Shown here: piece by piece, positions 18,501 to 26,109 of the stretch
Layout of the letters: every line of letters starts with the position of its first letter
How positions within the stretch are numbered: the first letter of the stretch is position 1
Source: an uncultured bacterium
GTDB lineage: Bacteria > Zixibacteria > MSB-5A5 > JAABVY01 > JAHJOQ01
Assembly: GCA_965369655.1 (NCBI GenBank)
Contig: CBDUQR010000002.1
Location: forward strand, 33,857 to 97,856
DNA length: 64,000 nt
Reading direction: 5' to 3'
The notes under the pieces: generated by a model
The model's database searches: none
What the model was told of the DNA's origin: nothing
The model's input: the letters and a program-made list of their open reading frames with translations, nothing else
Program-made: the position numbers and the translations under genes

Positions 18501-20562
18501 CTTCTTTGATTTCCAGGCGATTGTAAGCGGTCCGAATCCTTACGATCAGTACCTTGACATCATCAACTGTGGTGATGTGGAACTCAACTGGGATGCCTGG
18601 ACTCATGTAGGTACGTGGCTGAGCATCGATCCAACAACGGGAGTGGATGATGCAACGGTGACTCTCTCAGTCGATATTACAGGTCTTCCGGAAGGTGATT
18701 ACATCGATTCAATTACTGTTGATGCCGGTGATGCCGACAATTCACCGCAGTACGTACATGTTGACTTGCACGTTGGCCCGCCGTTGTCACAGTACATCTC
18801 AGGCGTCGTGCAGGATCCTGCCGACGTAGTGATTGACGGCGCGACTGTCGAGCTCTGGGATGTGTTCCCCACTGGTACCATCCTCGAGACGGCAACTTCA
18901 GCAGGCGATGGTTCGTTCATGTTCACTGGTTACACAGGTTATTATGTGGTCCGTGCGTACAAGAACGGTTACTATCAGAATTTCATGGATGTGACCGCGC
19001 CAGACGAGGCTGTTGTCATAGTCCTGACGCCGACTGGCACGCCAACTCCTACCAACGAGTGGGTGGATCTCTACTGTGACATGGCCATGTTCGAGGATTA
19101 TCCGATCCTCCCGGGTGATGTCGTAGAAGCTTACGATCCGGACGGTATTCTCTGCGGTCAGTATTTCGTCACCGAGATTGGCAAGTACGGCTTCATGCCG
19201 GTCTACCGCGACGACGACTTCACACCTGGTATCGACGAAGGTTGTGATCCGGGTGACGCGATCACGGTGATGCTCAACGGCTTCGATATGACTCCGTACC
19301 TCGGTGCTCCGTTATTCTGGACCCAGAATGGTGACAGGATCGAAGCATGCTTCGATGGTTACATCATCGACGAGATTTGCATGGATCTCTGCGAGGGTTG
19401 GAACCTGATCTCGTGGAATGTCGATACGGAAGTTGACGACATCGACGTCGTTATGCTTCCGATCATGGATTACATTGACGTCATGCTTGGATTCGAACAG
19501 GGTGCGTTGACGTTCGATCCCGATTATCCTGAGTTCTCTACGCTCGAGTTTGTCGACCACTACCACGGTTACTGGGTCAAGATGACTCAGGCTGCCGAGT
19601 TCTGCGTATCAGGTTTGCCGGTCGATCCATCGACGCCAATCTCTCTCGAAGAAGGCTGGAACCTTGCGTCCTATCTGCCTGATGGCGTTATGGCCACAGA
19701 GGAAGCTCTGGTTTCGATTCTTGACGTGCTGATCGTCGCTCTCGGATTCAACTGCGAAGAGGGCGGTATGGTGTACGATCCTGAGAATCCTGGCATGTCT
19801 GACCTCGAATTCCTTGGCCCAGGATTTGGATACTGGTACAAGGTCACTCAGGATGTCATGCTGACCTATCCGAGCGATGTTCCGTGGGCTGCGATGTTCT
19901 CCGGTGAGCCGGACAAGACATCGGCCAAGCTTGCCGTGCTGAAAGATGTTACTCCTACGACTCAGTGGGTGGATATCTTCGGCGGCAATGTCACGATTGA
20001 CGGTCGTGCGCTTGCAACCGGTTCGATCGTCGAGGCTGTCGATGAACACGGCGCCGTTTGTGGCGCGTTCGAGATCAAAGCCTCCGGCAGACTCGGTTTC
20101 ATGGCGGTCTATGGCGATGACATGACAACTTCAGATACGTACGAAGGTCCGACTACGGGCGGTACGTTTTACCTCGTGGTGGACGGCATCGCGACAGAGG
20201 AGACATTCGTGTGGACCGGGCACGGCGAGCGTGTCGAGATCGGCGCCCTGAGCTCTCTCGGTGGCGGCGGCGTAACGCTTCCGGATGCTTACGTACTGGA
20301 GCAGAACTATCCGAACCCGTTCAATCCGAAGACCAGCATCTCGTTCAGCGTCGGTAACGATGCTTATGTGAATCTGGTCGTATACAACCTTCTTGGCGAA
20401 GTTGTGAATGTTCTGGTCGATGAATTCAGAGCCGCCGGCGACTACACGGTCGACTGGAACGGTGACGACCTGAGCGGACGCACAGTCTCTTCCGGCGTCT
20501 ACTTCTACAAGCTGACGTCCGGCGACTATACTGAGACCAGGAAGATGATGTTGATGAAGTAA
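15523..20562 (+). CDS. Giant T9SS-sorted scaffoldin-like surface protein (1679 aa). It contains 7 BACON-type Ig repeats, a cohesin-like module, a CarboxypepD_reg-like domain, two novel ~77-aa W/CG repeats, two EGWNL repeats and a C-terminal T9SS sorting domain.
   Basis: There is an AGGAGGA RBS before ATG 15523 and a signal peptide (MKSAKFLAIFVVLAVLFAVPAFA). Seven repeats fit the BACON pattern SFTF(D/N)A.EGGPNP…LNW…WL…SGTGDG…AGTY…VTV…NPQT. The cohesin-like segment is VWVGNTSGLPGEQVIVPVTFANSVYLSGISLPLIFDD…NLYFSIAPGAAPGIVPID. The C-terminal YPNPFNPKTSISF…GVYFYKL…RKMMLMK is a T9SS C-terminal domain. Confidence 0.8.
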   Translation: MKSAKFLAIFVVLAVLFAVPAFAQDTGVLDTVRWVPESTTWTIDAAGDSLFSIEVFGWTDQSITALSLGFKIPTSSGGGTGHDDSLIVVDSFNFTMSTGFPVPWAWSAVDSARFADDFLRHSLYNGILLGRIMPTFPANTSSKIGDLFINIPDPTLLPCEFDIAIDSVFFPPAGAFKFSPSGGSGYAPEYVGATIHVVNNICIPDEEPTIYLNPTSFTFNAVENGSNPVAQSLSIINTGSGTLNWTASVDQTWLTLAAYSGTGDGAVNVLANRGSLTAGTYNGTVTVSDPAATNNPQTASVTFIIAPAPPEIVLDTTSFTFDAIEGGPNPDDDTLWISNGGGGTLDWSVGDDATWLTTTPVAGTGDGYTVLSVNVSGQQVGTHVATVFVTDPAASNTPQTVDVTLNIVCDPSEIEVTPLSFTFDAVEGGPNPPAQNMLIGSSGSCDVNWTATIIAGWLSLSEYSGTAASSVDISVDILGLDAGTYEDTIVISHDGINESPVKVPVTLYVNCIPAELETSPSSFAFDAQEDGANPTPQILHITNGGTCELYWGASNSQPWLTLSDYSGTGPIDIDVMVDITSMTAGEYHDTIVVFDDGSQIDTIPVVLTIGTEPLLMVAPSELNFTAPDGGPNPASQDVDITSTDSPDTELEWVVIEPGKPIAWLSYDPALGTTPSVMTVSVNMDGLSAGVYNDSIMLTKNVPDKDDIGDTVTVYAELTVTGVPEIDLIPNYFFFTWEEGSPIVPDDQDMNITNTGSGTLNWTLYDTELIGWLDPSAFSGTAPSVVTLSIDTGPSLTAGNIYVDTIVVECADAINPLEIAIVELEVTEPPVLDDDTVWVGNTSGLPGEQVIVPVTFANSVYLSGISLPLIFDDMLAKIDNGITCDSVSFIGSRVDYIGAKPVTIDNINKTVLAGVIVISEPLIPAGNGLMANLYFSIAPGAAPGIVPIDSTFILPANELMFADSLGGAIYPEFFYGTIEILEPPSTACLEVSDGFFDFQAIVSGPNPYDQYLDIINCGDVELNWDAWTHVGTWLSIDPTTGVDDATVTLSVDITGLPEGDYIDSITVDAGDADNSPQYVHVDLHVGPPLSQYISGVVQDPADVVIDGATVELWDVFPTGTILETATSAGDGSFMFTGYTGYYVVRAYKNGYYQNFMDVTAPDEAVVIVLTPTGTPTPTNEWVDLYCDMAMFEDYPILPGDVVEAYDPDGILCGQYFVTEIGKYGFMPVYRDDDFTPGIDEGCDPGDAITVMLNGFDMTPYLGAPLFWTQNGDRIEACFDGYIIDEICMDLCEGWNLISWNVDTEVDDIDVVMLPIMDYIDVMLGFEQGALTFDPDYPEFSTLEFVDHYHGYWVKMTQAAEFCVSGLPVDPSTPISLEEGWNLASYLPDGVMATEEALVSILDVLIVALGFNCEEGGMVYDPENPGMSDLEFLGPGFGYWYKVTQDVMLTYPSDVPWAAMFSGEPDKTSAKLAVLKDVTPTTQWVDIFGGNVTIDGRALATGSIVEAVDEHGAVCGAFEIKASGRLGFMAVYGDDMTTSDTYEGPTTGGTFYLVVDGIATEETFVWTGHGERVEIGALSSLGGGGVTLPDAYVLEQNYPNPFNPKTSISFSVGNDAYVNLVVYNLLGEVVNVLVDEFRAAGDYTVDWNGDDLSGRTVSSGVYFYKLTSGDYTETRKMMLMK

Positions 20563-20574
20563 CAGCCCTTTAAC

Positions 20575-20608
20575 GGCAGGGCGGTTAGAACCCGCCCTGC
20601 CCTTTCTC
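20575..20608 (+). terminator. Rho-independent terminator
   Basis: A perfect 10-bp stem (GGCAGGGCGG / CCGCCCTGCC) has a 6-nt loop and is followed by CTTTCTC. Confidence 0.6.
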
Positions 20609-20619
20609 GGAGGTGACTC

Positions 20620-21669
20620 TTGAAGAAATTCAAACGTAATATCGCGAGGCTGTTACCTCTCTTGTTGTTGTCAGTCCTTATGGCGTCATCCGCAAGCGCT
20701 CAGGTAATTCCGACAGACCAGTGGGTGCATTTCTGGAGCCCGAGTTCGACCTTAAATGGACAGCCGCTGCCGATTGGAGCGATTGTTGACACATATGATC
20801 CGGACGGCGTACATTGCGGTCGGTTCATCGTCCATACTACCGGTCAGTACGGTTACCTTTCAGTTTACCATGATGATAGTTACACGCCGGGTGTCGATGA
20901 GGGTGCGCTTTCCGGCGATACGATCACAATCATGGTAAATGGCGTACTGGCAGATGTTCTTGGTCCTGACGATCCCGAGTGGACGTTCAACTTCGCATTT
21001 CTGAACATCGACCTGGGCGTTCTGATCAATCTTGCGCTCGAGTTGACTACTCCACTTGACGACGTGGGAGCGCCAAACGGTTTCGTCGATTACACGTACA
21101 AGGTGAAGAATACCGGTGAGGGGATCGATTTCTTCAACCTCGAAGCTGTTTCATCCGGTGGATGGACAGTCGAAATTCTCGGCGGCGACGCCACAGGCTA
21201 CCTGAATCCGGGGGAGGAGACAGATGTAGTCGTGCGAGTCCATGTACCAGGCACTGCCCAGGATGGCGATACCGATGATCTGACTCTGACCGCCAGTTCA
21301 GCTATGGATGCCACCGTATCTGAGAGCGGTACAGTGACGACCTCGGTGATCGAAAGCGCCGCAGGGGATCCCTATGATCCTCTCATTCCGGGCGTGTTTC
21401 ATCTTCGCCAGAACTTCCCGAATCCGTTTAATCCTGTGACGACAATCGAGTTCTCGATCGAAAAGGCGATGGACGTCGAGTTGATCGTTTACAACGTTAT
21501 CGGGCAGGAGGTCAAAACGCTGGCCAACCGTCATCTGGAGATAGGCATGCATCAGTTCGAATGGGATGCCACAGATGAGAGTGGACAGAAAGTTGCAAGC
21601 GGAATCTACTTCTATCGACTTATCACTGATGAGTACGCGAGAACGCGCAAAATGATGCTGATGAAATAA
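20620..21669 (+). CDS. T9SS C-terminal-domain secreted protein (349 aa) sharing the W/CG repeat with the scaffoldin
   Basis: The start is TTG with a GGAGGTG RBS. It has a signal peptide and one copy of the W/CG domain (DQWVHFWSP…PDGVHCGRFIV…YGYLSVYHDD…TIMVNGV). Its T9SS C-terminal domain (FPNPFNPVTTIEFS…GIYFYRL…RKMMLMK) is near-identical in pattern to that of the scaffoldin. Confidence 0.75.
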   Translation: MKKFKRNIARLLPLLLLSVLMASSASAQVIPTDQWVHFWSPSSTLNGQPLPIGAIVDTYDPDGVHCGRFIVHTTGQYGYLSVYHDDSYTPGVDEGALSGDTITIMVNGVLADVLGPDDPEWTFNFAFLNIDLGVLINLALELTTPLDDVGAPNGFVDYTYKVKNTGEGIDFFNLEAVSSGGWTVEILGGDATGYLNPGEETDVVVRVHVPGTAQDGDTDDLTLTASSAMDATVSESGTVTTSVIESAAGDPYDPLIPGVFHLRQNFPNPFNPVTTIEFSIEKAMDVELIVYNVIGQEVKTLANRHLEIGMHQFEWDATDESGQKVASGIYFYRLITDEYARTRKMMLMK

Positions 21670-21692
21670 TTCACCCTGTCCTGTTGTTGAGT

Positions 21693-21727
21693 CGGAGCCC
21701 TTCCCATGAGGAGGGGCTCATTTTTTT
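21693..21727 (+). terminator. Probable Rho-independent terminator
   Basis: An imperfect GC-rich hairpin (GGAGCCCTTCCC..GGAGGGGCTC) is followed by ATTTTTTTC. Confidence 0.45.
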
Positions 21728-22131
21728 CAGGTTGTGTCTTCTCCGCAATCCGGCATCGAGATGAGCATAATTGTCGACAGAAACTTTCGGGAGTCCGCGA
21801 AAAATCTGACCGCACCCGAGCTGACAATCGGATTCAATGATCTCAAGCTCATTGGATTGGGGCGTTCATCATGTCCGAATACTATCGGAGCCTGTACAGC
21901 CTGTATGTCGTTCGGGTTCATTTCTTCCAGTTCAACACGCCAGAGCATTCGCGGCATCGAGCAGTGAACCATACGCTGTCGGATGTTTTCTTCTGCCGGC
22001 GTGTCACTGTCCGAATCGCAGACTGAGTCACTCTGGGCGAGAATGAGTCCGTGATCGGTGGAATTGGGACTCCCCCAATCGGGAGAATCACAGCAGTTGT
22101 ACTTGGCGAATATGTGTTCGTGCATGTCCAT
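21727..22131 (-). CDS. Hypothetical protein (weak call)
   Basis: It is the only ORF over 100 aa in a 690-nt gap. The product is Cys/Asp-rich with no recognisable domain and no clear RBS. Confidence 0.25.
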   Translation of the reverse strand: MDMHEHIFAKYNCCDSPDWGSPNSTDHGLILAQSDSVCDSDSDTPAEENIRQRMVHCSMPRMLWRVELEEMNPNDIQAVQAPIVFGHDERPNPMSLRSLNPIVSSGAVRFFADSRKFLSTIMLISMPDCGEDTT

Positions 22132-22355
22132 TTGTTAATTGTACGACAACTGAAGGACAATATCGGGCGGCTCTCTGTTGTCGTCAATATAGAACCGGTG
22201 TCATCAATCTCGAATCATTCAAGACGTTTTTTGGATTGACAGGGATGCCCGCAGGTCCTTTTATGGGGGTAGTTAGGCACGGGTCTGATGACGGGATGCT
22301 GTATCTCTTATTGTTGGCAATCCCGTATCAGCCGGAATACCCGAGGAGTGCATGA

Positions 22356-22760
22356 ATGGATGAAGCTGCAACGCAGCAACAGGACATGGTCGTATCGCCG
22401 TTTGCGACCGAGTTTGAGTTTGAACTTCCCAAGGGATACATCGACGACTATGGAAACGTGCATCGAGTCGGCAGAATGAGACTTGCGAACGCGAAGGACG
22501 AGATAGCGCCGCTTTCTGATCCTTTAGTGAGGGAGAACAAAGCGTATCTGGTGATATTGATTCTGTCGAGAGTGATAACGAGTCTTGGTAAAATCGAAAT
22601 CGTCACGCCTGAGACAGTCGAACGATTGTTCTCGGCTGACATTTCATACCTTCAGGACTTTTATCAGAAGATCAATACCGATGGCGATGCGGTTGTCCCG
22701 GCGAAATGTCCGTCGTGCGGGCATGCGTTTGAGGTGGAGTATAAATGCCTGGGAAAATGA
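22356..22760 (+). CDS. Phage tail assembly chaperone-like protein (gpG/gpE-type), 134 aa
   Basis: The core (GNVHRVGRMRLANAKDEIAPLSDPLVRENKAYLVILILSRVITSLGKIEIVTPETVERLFSADISYLQDFYQKIN) has the pattern of tail assembly chaperones, and the tail is a C-terminal Zn-ribbon-like CPSCGH. The ORF ends at a G GGA AAA TGA slippery site. Confidence 0.55.
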   Translation: MDEAATQQQDMVVSPFATEFEFELPKGYIDDYGNVHRVGRMRLANAKDEIAPLSDPLVRENKAYLVILILSRVITSLGKIEIVTPETVERLFSADISYLQDFYQKINTDGDAVVPAKCPSCGHAFEVEYKCLGK

Positions 22761-22924
22761 CGGGCTACCCCCGTGAAGAGATATTTCGGGAGGTGGCCTT
22801 TATCGCATATCACTTTCACTGGAGACTCGATGATATAATGGTTCTGGACCACGGGACACGGCACAGGTTCATCGAGGAGATTTCGGGAATAAACCGTCGT
22901 ATCAACGAGAACAGGTCGACATGA
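22745..22924 (+). CDS. Small ORF in the -1 frame overlapping the end of the preceding gene. It is the probable frameshift extension (GT/E'-like) of the chaperone.
   Basis: The 59 codons (MPGKMTGYPREEIFREVAFIAYHFHWRLDDIMVLDHGTRHRFIEEISGINRRINENRST) are too short for the ORF track. They lie in the -1 frame relative to 22356-22760 and begin inside the slippery heptamer region. Confidence 0.45.
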   Translation: MPGKMTGYPREEIFREVAFIAYHFHWRLDDIMVLDHGTRHRFIEEISGINRRINENRST

Positions 22925-23000
22925 AAGCAAGGATGAAACACGATATGGCTGACGGTGCGACCGCGGTCGGCCACAGAGGAGTAACAGAAAAGGAGAAGAC

Positions 23001-23852
23001 ATGTTGAAGAAGCTGGCTATTCTATTGACGATCAGTCTGCTGATCCTCGGATGTTCGCCATCGGAAGAGACCGACGCCGAAACGACGCAGTCGGATTCTT
23101 ACGTCACTATTGCGTACACGATGAAGGTGTCCGGAATACCGATGATGGCTGAGATGACGTTCAATCAGAAGTATCTTACCGATGGCGCGATTGGCAGAGT
23201 TGAAATGGAATCGATCATTCCTGTCGGAGAGGATACGAAGACCTCGAAGTTCAGCACTATCATCGACGTCGATAACCGCGTCGTGCATTATGTCAATGAC
23301 GTCTCGAAAACGTTTGCGACCGTACCTTTCCCCGACTCGCTCAGCACGCCGCCGATGACCTCACCGGAAATGACGATCAGCGTCGAGCCTAACGGGCAGG
23401 TGGATACGATTGCGGGTATCGAGTGCGACGGTATCGATCTTGCGCTGGAAATCTCATTCGTCGCTCAGGATCAACCTGTGAAATCGACCATGAGCGGGAC
23501 GCTCTGGACCAGCGAGGATTTCCCCGGCTACGCCTCATATCAGGCGTTCCAGGAGAAGACCAGGAATGCGCTTCCGTCCGGCCAGATGCAGAGCGGGGGT
23601 TTCCTTGATTTCCTGACGAGATTCGGGATGAGCCGTGAGAACCTCGATTCGTTGTATGCTGCCATGAAAGGTTTCCCGTTCTCCGGTGATCTCGTAATCA
23701 CATTGAACAAAGGTCTGCCGAATAGCTTTGACCTGAACACTAGGCTCGAAATGATCGAGACAAACACTGATGCGATCGACCGAGCGCTGTTTTCGGTACC
23801 TGAAGAATACACCGAGACAGAAGTCATGCAGATCATGATGCCGTCGAAGTAG
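23001..23852 (+). CDS. Hypothetical lipoprotein
   Basis: It has a signal peptide with a lipobox (LLILGCS) and no recognisable catalytic motifs. Confidence 0.6.
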   Translation: MLKKLAILLTISLLILGCSPSEETDAETTQSDSYVTIAYTMKVSGIPMMAEMTFNQKYLTDGAIGRVEMESIIPVGEDTKTSKFSTIIDVDNRVVHYVNDVSKTFATVPFPDSLSTPPMTSPEMTISVEPNGQVDTIAGIECDGIDLALEISFVAQDQPVKSTMSGTLWTSEDFPGYASYQAFQEKTRNALPSGQMQSGGFLDFLTRFGMSRENLDSLYAAMKGFPFSGDLVITLNKGLPNSFDLNTRLEMIETNTDAIDRALFSVPEEYTETEVMQIMMPSK

Positions 23853-23993
23853 TTTCACTCGGCGGCTGTTTGTGTTTTGATAGAAAGGCTGTGCTTCGCC
23901 GCTCCTTCAGGTGAGTGATTTCACAGGCGGCGGTGCATGGCCTTATCTCTATTCGATTAGCGTTATGTGTCGGGGAGGGCCGTTCTTAATCGC

Positions 23994-24629
23994 ATGGACA
24001 CATCCTGGATCAAGACCGCAAAGCGTTTGGAGAACGATCTTGCGGAATATCGCAGCCTGAAGATACGGCACGCCGAAGATGACACACTTGCTGCAATAAA
24101 AGCTCAACTCGATCGGCGCTACGCTCAGATGGCGGCGTTTGCTCTGGGGCTGCCTGATGCAGATATTAGTTTCGACTGCGACCTCGAATCGATGACCGAG
24201 CAATGGGTCGGCGTTGAAGGTCTCCGGTCGGTATTCGGACCCTCAGCCATTTCATCCTCACCGCCGTATATCTCAGCCGAACTGATCGGCTATGCCGGGA
24301 AACTCACCGATAGAAGTATAGCTACGGGTGTTTCCGACATGCCGGATCCCGTCGATAAGGGCGGACAGGTTACATATACATCCGCTCGAGCGCCGATGCT
24401 CGCTGATCATCTTCTGCAAAAATACGCAAGGAGAACTCTGCCGTCTAATGGCGTGTTTCAGGATGCACAGAGACTCGCAGAGGATTTCGCGAGTCGCAAC
24501 AGCGCAGCACATATCCAGACTGTCGAGCGTCGCATTGGTTGCGGGGTCAGGCTGGATGCGGCTCAATCAAAGTATGATCTGGAGGCCCGAGGTGCAGATT
24601 CGCTGCCGAGTTTTTGCCATATCAAGTAG
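23994..24629 (+). CDS. Hypothetical protein
   Basis: The 211-aa ORF has ordinary composition and no recognised domain. Its start is uncertain (ATG 23967 or 23994). Confidence 0.45.
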   Translation: MDTSWIKTAKRLENDLAEYRSLKIRHAEDDTLAAIKAQLDRRYAQMAAFALGLPDADISFDCDLESMTEQWVGVEGLRSVFGPSAISSSPPYISAELIGYAGKLTDRSIATGVSDMPDPVDKGGQVTYTSARAPMLADHLLQKYARRTLPSNGVFQDAQRLAEDFASRNSAAHIQTVERRIGCGVRLDAAQSKYDLEARGADSLPSFCHIK

Positions 24630-24661
24630 CGCTGTCTCAACAGTTATGCTGATAATCGCGA

Positions 24662-26017
24662 ATGATTAGACTAACTCGCAGAAATACGATTGTAATCATT
24701 ATTGTTTGCGCACTGGCTGCCGCTTGTGTGACGTCCTACCTGTTGTTTCTCGTTCCAGCCGATGATCTGGAAATGTCTCTCTCGGAACGGCTCGGTATCG
24801 CTGAGCCATCTGGCGAGTTTCGTCTCTGGGTCAACAGTTTTCCCGAGGGCGCGGAGGTTCTGCTTGATGATTCGCTTGTAGGACAAACTCCTCTCTCGCT
24901 GGTGGAGTTGCCGGCTGGTCAGTACCTGGTATCTCTTCGCAGCGAGCGGTTCCATGCGGTCGATACTATCATTTTGGTTTCTGATGAAGGCAGCGTTGAA
25001 CTGCCGCTGTTCGTACTCCAGAGGACAATTCGTCTCGAAAGCATACCATCCGGAGCAGTCGTGATTCTGAATGGCGAGGAGCTGTCCGGTGTGACACCAA
25101 TTGAAATTCGCCAGCCATCGAGCGACACGTTCCTTGTTTCATACGCTCACCCTGATCTTGGAGGAATCTGGCTTTCCGCTGTAGACCCGTCCGACGGATC
25201 GGCAATCGTTCCGCTGGGTCAGCGATGGGAGATCGACAACGGTGACCCATTGGTCCTTCACGGTTTGTTCAGCAAAATGTGCACTCTTCGGACGGTTCCG
25301 ACTTTTGCTTATATTTATCTGCAAGAGACCGACAGCCTCCTCGGCCTCACCGGTCAGCCAATTGAATTACCCTGTGGCATGAGGGAATATGTGCTCACGA
25401 AAGATGATTTCAACACCCTGACAATCGAACTCGATGCATGTGCCGAGGGCGCATGGGACAACCTGTTTGAATTGACACACGTTCTCCGTGTAAGCGCGGT
25501 CTCGTTCGAAGCGCCCGACGGCGACGACATTGGTGCGATGATCACCACGCTTCAAAGTGGATCGATTGTGGAGTCCGTCAATGAGCGGACGCCTGCAGAT
25601 ATTGAACTCAGGGGGGTTGAATACCGACTCTGTCTTCAGGCTGATGGCTTCGTTGATACCTGTGTGGTGATATCTGCAAGCCAGACGTTAATCAAGGTGA
25701 AAATGAAGAGACGGGGACTTGCTCCAGATCTGTCGGGAGCGGTTCCGGTCTCTGGCGCCGAGCGGGTAGAGTTCCTGGTGCGCGACAAGAGGAGCAAGTC
25801 CGGGCTGCCGGGTGTCGATGTCATTGCGCGATTCAAGAGCGAGAACCGGACTGTACTGTTAGGAGTAACCGACAGCGCCGGTTACCTGGCTGTCGATCTT
25901 ACACCCGGTAAGTATGAATTCAGACTCGTCAAGGAAGGATACAAGCAGGTCAGGAAGAAACATACCGTGAAGCGGGGCCAGACCAAATGGTTTGACATTT
26001 TGCTCAAGACGAACTGA
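24662..26017 (+). CDS. PEGA-domain membrane-anchored protein with C-terminal carboxypeptidase-regulatory-like fold
   Basis: It has an N-terminal TM helix and at least two PEGA motifs (FPEGAEVLLDDSLVGQTPL; IPSGAVVILNGEELSGVTPIEI). The C-terminal segment is (GVDVIARFKSENRTVLLGVTDSAGYLAVDLTPGKYEFRLVKEGY). Confidence 0.7.
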   Translation: MIRLTRRNTIVIIIVCALAAACVTSYLLFLVPADDLEMSLSERLGIAEPSGEFRLWVNSFPEGAEVLLDDSLVGQTPLSLVELPAGQYLVSLRSERFHAVDTIILVSDEGSVELPLFVLQRTIRLESIPSGAVVILNGEELSGVTPIEIRQPSSDTFLVSYAHPDLGGIWLSAVDPSDGSAIVPLGQRWEIDNGDPLVLHGLFSKMCTLRTVPTFAYIYLQETDSLLGLTGQPIELPCGMREYVLTKDDFNTLTIELDACAEGAWDNLFELTHVLRVSAVSFEAPDGDDIGAMITTLQSGSIVESVNERTPADIELRGVEYRLCLQADGFVDTCVVISASQTLIKVKMKRRGLAPDLSGAVPVSGAERVEFLVRDKRSKSGLPGVDVIARFKSENRTVLLGVTDSAGYLAVDLTPGKYEFRLVKEGYKQVRKKHTVKRGQTKWFDILLKTN

Positions 26018-26109
26018 GTCGTCCCCAATTGTTGCACACAGTCGGCAGCGTGCGGCGTGCGTCGATTTTGTTGTTGCTATATCTGCACGATCTGTTTTTT
26101 AGGTTACTT

